Shown one piece after another: positions 56,303 to 64,000 of a DNA stretch of 64,000 nucleotides (position 1 is its first letter; each line of letters opens with the position of its first letter). Source of the stretch: Octopus vulgaris (lineage: Eukaryota); assembly GCA_951406725.2 (NCBI GenBank), contig OX597824.1:28148001-28212000 (forward strand), read 5' to 3'. The translations under genes were made by a program, and so were the position numbers. The notes beneath the pieces are model-generated. The model was not told the DNA's origin. It searched no databases and saw only the letters and a program-made list of their open reading frames with translations.

Positions 56303-57492
56303 CCCTCGAAACACGGAGTAGATGAAACAGGGACAACTGAAGAAGGGGAATATTCCTTATGTTGTATCTCTCGTTTCTATGTTTTTGTTGTTATGTTTTC
56401 GTTTCTCATTGTGTTGAACGTTTTTTTCTTTTTTGATGTTCTGTACCCACATATGCATGTATATATACATATATATGTAGGTATATCCATATATGTATGT
56501 AGGTATGTATATATGCATATATCTATATATTATTTATATTATATATATATACATACATACATCTGTGTGTGTATGTATGTACAAGTGTGTGTGTGTGGGG
56601 GGGACTTCTACATAATTTCCGCATGCTAAATTAGCTTTCACCCAATTAGCGCGGCCACGGATGAAATATACGTAACAAAGCTGCGGTGCAGTAGAAATGA
56701 AGCCGAAACCTCGTGGATTCAAAGCGAGAGTTTTACGCCCGACTGCTACACCGGCACTTATCGATGTGCATCGTAGATATCTTTTCAGTGGTACTTTACC
56801 CTAAAATAAATGTCATCAACAATGATGTGTTCCCTTAACAAATCTGACCAAATTCTCACTGTCCTCATAGCACTTGAGAAGCCACGGGAAGTTGAAATAA
56901 GAGAATTTATCTTCGGTGAAAATTGAAATTTAGAGCAGAGAGTTGCCTATTACTTCGCTACTGCTTGTAATCTTCGGGATGTATTTCCATATGGAAGGCC
57001 AATTTTTATATTCGCAAATTACTGTTACATTAATTGAATTCCTGAACTAGATCGGAAGCCTGGAAAACAACGGGAGATAATAAGGAGGATTAGAAGAAAA
57101 AGAAAAAAATGAAGTAAAAAAAATGTCCACTCTGAAAAACAATCATGGTTTTAATAAATTTAAATATTTAAATGGATTATATAAACCACAAGAATCATAA
57201 TTTGTCTCCATTAATGAAATGTATTTTATTTTTCTGTTAAAAAAATATTTGAAATACAAACTGAGCTCTTCGTGAATTTCTTAAGAAATTCCATTTCTTA
57301 AAATGCTGAATACGACAACATAAAAACGATAAAAAAAGAAGGAAAACATGTACTAAATCCTAATGGCATATTTAATTGGGAAGGTGGACATTTTGAACAA
57401 AACACTAATTCCGAAAGCATGTCTCTAATATAGAGAAGCCTCGAGTTGTATTTTCTACGGAGACGACGTGTGTAGAATATAAAACTAACTAC

Positions 57493-58222
57493 GAGTGTGC
57501 GTGGCTTTGTGGTAAGAATGTTCTGGTTTCAATCCTACTACGCGGCACATTGGACATGTGTCTTCTACACAGGCAGCATAGGGCTGACCAACGTGTTCAG
57601 AATAGATTTGGCAGATGGAAACGGGAAGAAGCCCGTAGTATATATATATAGCAATAAGGAAATAGAGGGGATCATCAACTTCTAGACATTATTATTATGT
57701 TAACTTAATTAGGTTAACTTAATGAACCACCTATTGATCCCCTTCATTTTCTTATTTGCGATATAAATTAATGGTAAAATATCTCTTTACCTTCACGCAT
57801 TTAGTACACTAGGTAATGTAAATGCAATGCAATAAAAAACACTTGTGTATTAATAATTGTGTATTCTACCAGCAGTATATTGAATAGATATTATCCCTTA
57901 GTTGGTTGGATTCACAGCCTCTAACTTTCTTGGAGTTATATATATACATATATAGATAGATAGATAGATATATAGAAACATACATACATACACACATACA
58001 TGTGTGTGTGTGTGTCTTTGTGTCTGTGTTAGTCTCCCACCACCGCGTTACAGCCGGTGTTGTTTGATTATGTCCTCGTAACTTACCGGTTCGGCAAAAG
58101 TCGGTGATAGAATAAATTCCAGGCTTGAAAAAAGAATAAGCACTGGAGGTCGATTCGTTCGACTAAAATTCTTCAAGTTGGTGCCTTAGCATGGCCGCAG
58201 TCCAATGACTGACACAAGTTTT
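57493..58222 (+). mobile_element. Diverged SINE family B split by an insertion in its internal (TA)n
   Basis: 5' half 57493-57640, unrelated sequence 57650-57937, 3' half 58000-58222. Confidence 0.7.
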
Positions 58223-59040
58223 ATATAAAAAGATATGCGTGCATGTGTGTGTGAACACGTGTGTCTTCTGTTTGGTCTTGGTATGTTTTTAGTCCTGTAA
58301 CGCATTTTAAACTTGACGGTCTGACACCATACTGGAAATATGCAATTTTTTGTGTTTTATTTTTAACGATCACGATTAACAAAATTCTATAGTACTGACT
58401 TCAATATCTTGATATATCAGCAGCGTTTCATGCGATTTCTAATATTTATAACAATGTTTGTCATTGGAATTCTTCCTTTTTATATATAGCAAGTCTAATT
58501 GTATCAATTCCCTTTCCTAAAGCCACTAGACATGAAACAAGATAAAAAAAAAAAAAACTAATGTTGTTACGTGCGCTGCATAATATGACTAAATATAGTT
58601 AGTGACTGTTGCTGTAAGGATTAAAGGTTTTCAGATGTTGTTCTTCGAGTTATTGTACAAAACGTCTTTGATTTAGAATTTGGTTGATAATTTGTAAGCA
58701 GCGGTCTGAATGGGTTAGGATTTTTAACTAACTATATTGGATACACAGCAAACAATCATCACTTCGCACATTGTGTATCATATCTACAAATTGACAATCT
58801 TTAATTCACAGACTATAATATCTTGTCTTTCTTCGTTTAATAGTTTCAGTCATTGGACGGCAGCGGAGCTGTGGGCGTGCATTGAAGGCAGTTTTGTTTT
58901 TTAGTCGACGAAATTGACGGTAGACTTATTTATTAAAGCTTGGCACGTATTCTCCCAGTATCTTTTGCTGAATGGGGAGCGAATCAAACCAACATCGGGT
59001 TTTAGGAATGGTGAGGGATAACCGCAAACACAAAAGAAAA

Positions 59041-59454
59041 TCTATATATATATATATAAAGCTGAAGTTGTCTGTGTAAGGCAGGTTTGGTAGCAACTAG
59101 CACAATCAACTAGCACAATCAACTAGCACAATCTCCTCCGAGACCCTGCGGCGCAAGTTGACCAAATTTGAGAGTATGATAGAAGGCTTGCTCTTCATTC
59201 CGTAGAAGAAAAATTCAAATCGGACCATGTTAACACCAAAAATGATATACATCAAAAAGGTGCTTTTTTTCTATGAAAATCTCTATTTTTTACGATATTT
59301 TGACTGCTGTGTCGCCATTTTTCGGTGTATTTCAACCAGAAAAATGCTCACTTAAAGAGAATAACAAGCTACATAATGCAAAATTTTTACTTTTCAAAAT
59401 TTCCAATTCTAAAGGGTCGAAACAAACCCGAGCAACGCCGGGTGATACTGCTAG
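59041..59454 (+). mobile_element. Non-autonomous Helitron
   Basis: A|TCTATATA 5' end, subterminal hairpin cccgagcaacgccggg, CTAG|T 3' end, no TSD. Carries an internal 13-bp triplication caactagcacaat. Confidence 0.88.
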
Positions 59455-60696
59455 TAAATATATAAAATTACAAATCCATTTGGACAAAAAAGTTGGTAGC
59501 TGTTAATGTGATGCGAAGCCACATGTTAAGTAAGAATGGCAAGCGTCCTACCATTGGAATAAATCAAACCTTTAAATTTCTCTATCTATTTTAGAACCTT
59601 TCATCTTACCAGCGAGAATTGTATGTTATTCACATCGTAATAAGTTATAAAAATCTAGAAAACATGAAATAATTCACGTAACGAATTTATATGTGTATGT
59701 ACGTGTGTGTATATATGTATGTATATGCATGTGCTTATGTTTGACTAATTTGATATATCATTGTATTTAAATGAATATCTACACCATTTTAGTCTAAATT
59801 ATAATAAACTAATTGAAACGGAGTGAGGGTAGAGTCGTTAAAACGTAGCTTATCGCCATTTAGAAATTATATTCATTCTAGAAAGAAACATCTCAATTAT
59901 AATATAGGAATTGATTTTGCTTTGATGTCTGTTGTCTTTCAATTGTTTTATTACTTTATTTCATTGTATTAAACGAATATCTATTTTTGTCTAACATATC
60001 TAATCAACAACAATACCGGCCTAAGATTATTACAATTACTTTCACTTTACTAGAAGCTAACATTTCATCGACAAACCACTCAGTATTGTTTTGGCCATTT
60101 CTTCTTTATTTTATTCCGTGTAATGTTTCTCGTAGATCTCTTTGAAACTAATGTTTGGTATACATCCAATTATGCACTCACCAGTAAATACTAACCAATG
60201 TTTTTTTTGTTTGTTTTTCTGTGTTTTGCTTTTTTCTTTCTCAGTATTCCGAAAACCAAACTAACCGTGCACGATATATATCTAAGTATACATTCTCTTT
60301 CTCCATTTCTCCATCGCTCTCAGTGCTTCTCTCTCTATCACAATGACTCCAACACCAACACCACCACCACTACCACCACCATCACCACCACTACCACCAC
60401 CACCAACACCACCACCACCACCACCACCACCACCACCACCACCACCACCACCACCACTATTTCTTTTTTATCTATTGGATCAACAACGGTAGGATATTCT
60501 CCTTTTTGCAATTCCGCTATTCCTTAATTTTTATTTTTGTTTGGCATTTTTGGCTCCGCATAATCTTATTCTAGTCTTGGCTTTAATCTACCTCTCGTCC
60601 TTTCTCGTGTTTTCTCATAGAGCAGCGTCCTTTCTCATTATAAATCTTTTGCTAAACGACACCTACCTTGTTGTGTATTTGAACCTGAAGAATGGC

Positions 60697-60757
60697 ATGG
60701 AAGCACAAAGGATGGTGTATATTTCTGCTGTTTTACTGTTTCCTCATCTTGCACTTG
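60697..60757 (+). CDS. Candidate first coding exon encoding a signal peptide (host gene unidentified)
   Basis: Polypyrimidine-AG acceptor at 60620. ATG 60697 gives [20 protein letters not shown] (or ATG 60692 gives [22 protein letters not shown]). Donor G|gtaata at 60757/8. Confidence 0.3.
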
Positions 60758-60801
60758 GTAATAGCTTATATCAATCTATCTACATACATATGTGTATATA
60801 C

Positions 60802-60843
<42 letters not shown>

Positions 60844-60957
60844 GTGTATATATATATGTGTATACATATATATATGTATATATATTTATGTACATATATA
60901 TATGCATGTATGTATATATATATGTATATATGTATATATATATAAGTATACATATAC

Positions 60958-61016
<59 letters not shown>

Positions 61017-62081
61017 TATGTATATCTGTATCTTTGTATACACAAATACAAGCAAACGCATATATATACATATACATGCTCGCAGAAACCATTTCATAAG
61101 TTTGTTGCCAAACGGTGTTTCCGAGCCATTGAACCACGGTGTGTTACTCATTCTTGAGTTTGAGATGAAGTCAAAGATATTAATTCTTAACACCTCGAAA
61201 AAAGATATTTTGAAATTTCAATTAACGTTACGTTTCCATCTAAACATTCCTTGAATCGACAAATGACATAACTGTACCGGGATTGTACGGGTTTTTACAG
61301 CATGCGACGGGATAAATTGCGATAGTTGTGCCACGTAGTATGTTTAATCAAATTGTTGCACAGATTAGCACAATCACATTAAGTGGCACTGTGGGAGTTT
61401 TCTGGTCTGCAAGCATTTGAACAAGATCCCCGGTTTGTAAATATATTAACTTATCCCTTTCAGTATGCTCGAAACACCTCTTAAGTTTCAAAATAACATA
61501 GCCTTCGTTCTCGATTGAGAACTAAAAAAAGAAAACAAAACAGCGTTATTTAAGACATTCCGATGAGTACGCTTCAGTAACGACATCCTCTGTCATACTA
61601 ATGCCAATTAGCGGTGTGTTTTTAGCTAAGAAGACCGAATATATACGCATATACATACATATATACATATATACATACACACATATATACATGCATTACA
61701 GTTACACATCGCCCAAATTCTCTTCAATATCATTCACATTATACGAATCAGCCTGAGAATATGCAAATTGAAAATGACCCAAAATGCCTGTAAATGAGAA
61801 TAAAAACTCAGCATATCTTAGCTGCCAGCTGAACGCTTAAAATGTTTGGTCATATTTGGTCTCTCCGTCTCTCCCTCTCGCTCTCTCTCCCCTGTATTTT
61901 CCACTGAGGATAATTTAAATTATATTCCTGTATTTCATATACATTTACTTACATCAATTTAATTCATATATGTATATATGTAGTTAGTCCAAACATGAAC
62001 AAAGAGAAAACACAACAACGTGAGGATGTGGAACAAGTATAGTGTTTTTGGACGGCCAGGAAAGGAAAGGATGAAGGAGGA

Positions 62082-62118
62082 TTTAACGTTTCTAGCCAAG
62101 CTCTTCGTCAGAAACATA
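62082..62118 (-). ncRNA. Minimal hammerhead ribozyme motif in a P1-related repeat (~61985-62185)
   Basis: Minus strand: gttt-CTGACGA-a-gagc ttg gcta-GAAAC-GTT-aaat. Confidence 0.6.
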
Positions 62119-62733
62119 GAAAAAGGAAAGGTCCAAGGAAGGGCAGACGGAGAAAGAAATTCGTCAACGATACACACGTGGTCACACACACACATACAAA
62201 CAATTCACATTATTACATTTAATGATCATCAAACCTTTGAAACAGCTGTAAAGGATGATTCATATTCTCCTCTCTGTCTTGTCTGAGCGGTTCTTCATGT
62301 TCCGGTCTTTTCGTTTTCATCTGTATCATTACAAAATGATTTTTTCATATATATCCTCTCTGTGAAGAACGGCTATGAACTCTCGCTTTCCGCTTCCTGA
62401 TTTTCCTGTTGTTCTGCTAAATTGAATTTATAACATCTTTTGTATAATCAATTTATAAATGCGTTCAACAACATGTTGTCCATCTTTTATTTTATTATAC
62501 TATCATTAGCTTGACCAGTACATGGCTTATAGGAAACATTTGTTTGCCTGTATCCCGTCTCCTATCGCTTAACTTTGAATTTTCACAGCATTTGGTCTAT
62601 TCTGAGCAGTAATTATTGTCTATATCTATTATAGGCCTTATCTATTATATATATATATATATATATGCATTCATGTATATGTATATATATATGTGTGTAT
62701 GTGTGTGTGTGTGTGTGTATATATATACATTCA

Positions 62734-62765
<32 letters not shown>

Positions 62766-62958
62766 GACATATGAAGAGAGAAAGAAAGGGAGTGTGAAAG
62801 AGAGAGTGAGAGAAAAGAGTGAGATAGATAGATAGATAGATAGACATATATATGTGTAAATGTATATATATATATATATATATGTATGTGTATGTATACG
62901 TATATACATATATACACATACATGTATGTGCATATATGTGTATGCATAGAAGTGTATG

Positions 62959-63005
<47 letters not shown>

Positions 63006-63925
63006 TTGTATGTATGTGTGTGTGCGTGCGTATAAGTATATGAGGTTGGAGGTTTGTATGTAGGTATATTATGAACATGTACAGACGCCCGCATGCGGAT
63101 ATCGATAACCAGTAGAAATGAGAATTAAATATATAAAGTATAATTGCTTATAGATGTAATTATTGCAAATATCAATATCTAACATATATGAGATAGAAAT
63201 ATATATATACGTTGTCAAAAATACACATAACTACGGAGAGAGAGAGTGTGTGTGAGAGAGAGAGAGAGAGAGTGAGTGAGAATGAGAGAGAGCGAGAGAG
63301 ACAGACATGCAGACGGACAGACAGATAGACAGAGACAGAGAGACATGCATTGATAATTCCGATAGCAATTAAGGATAAATTCACATGTTGCTGCAGCGAA
63401 CCACATACAAACGCAAAAGTCTATATTGATATGGAATCGCTCCATCTCTCGCTAATACGATTTATGCTCAATTATTTACAATAAATATATTATTAACAGA
63501 ACTTTTGATATTGGTCATTGATGACCTCCTAAACACGCTGATAGATTACTATCGAACGTTGATTCACTTTACAATGATTTTTGCGGACTCGTCAAAAGAA
63601 GAGAAATGTTCGGTTTTAAATATATTAATGCTGCTTACTCATTTAGCAGAATGTTTCCAATCTCGTTAAGGATGTGTAATGAGCACCATAAGCTGTCAGT
63701 GTTGTGGGTGTTATCTTGACTAATAGCCCTTGGATTTGGTACTGACTAAAATGAGGTGTATATACACATATTGATTATTTGTAGTGTAGTGAATTGAATT
63801 ATTTGAATTACACGTTCAGGTTATGTATACGACTTTGTTATCGAGACTAGATGTATTTACTAGACATTTCATCAAAGACAAACAACATGTCCATTAGTAC
63901 CCATATTTTACATTCACTTCTTCAG

Positions 63926-64000
63926 AAAACTGTATTTCAATCAGAACTGGAAAGCACTTGTAATGCTACTGCTCGGGTTTATGATCAGAAGACAGGGCCT
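63926..64000 (+). CDS. Possible downstream coding exon (runs off the window)
   Basis: Acceptors at 63925 (phase 0) and 63944 (phase 1) both enter the open frame (KTVFQS)ELESTCNATARVYDQKTGP, phase-compatible with either start at 60692/60697. Confidence 0.2.

Overview
AT-rich, repeat-saturated eukaryotic DNA that is intronic or intergenic. The SINE families and microsatellite load suggest a coleoid cephalopod, probably Octopus (inference). There is no intact protein-coding gene, and almost all listed ORFs are microsatellite translations. The window contains three abundant tRNA-derived SINE families, six decayed mariner (Tc1/mariner) elements, fragments of R4/Dong, CR1-like, RTE and Tx1/L1-like LINEs, one non-autonomous Helitron and a tiny LTR-like element. 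It also has many simple repeats and a candidate signal-peptide exon near 60.7 kb. The most notable signal is a dense set of minimal hammerhead-ribozyme (HHR) motifs in short non-coding elements lodged in (TA)n tracts. One is a ~449-nt retrozyme-like monomer (26947-27528, minus strand) whose 5' boundary falls exactly at the predicted self-cleavage site.
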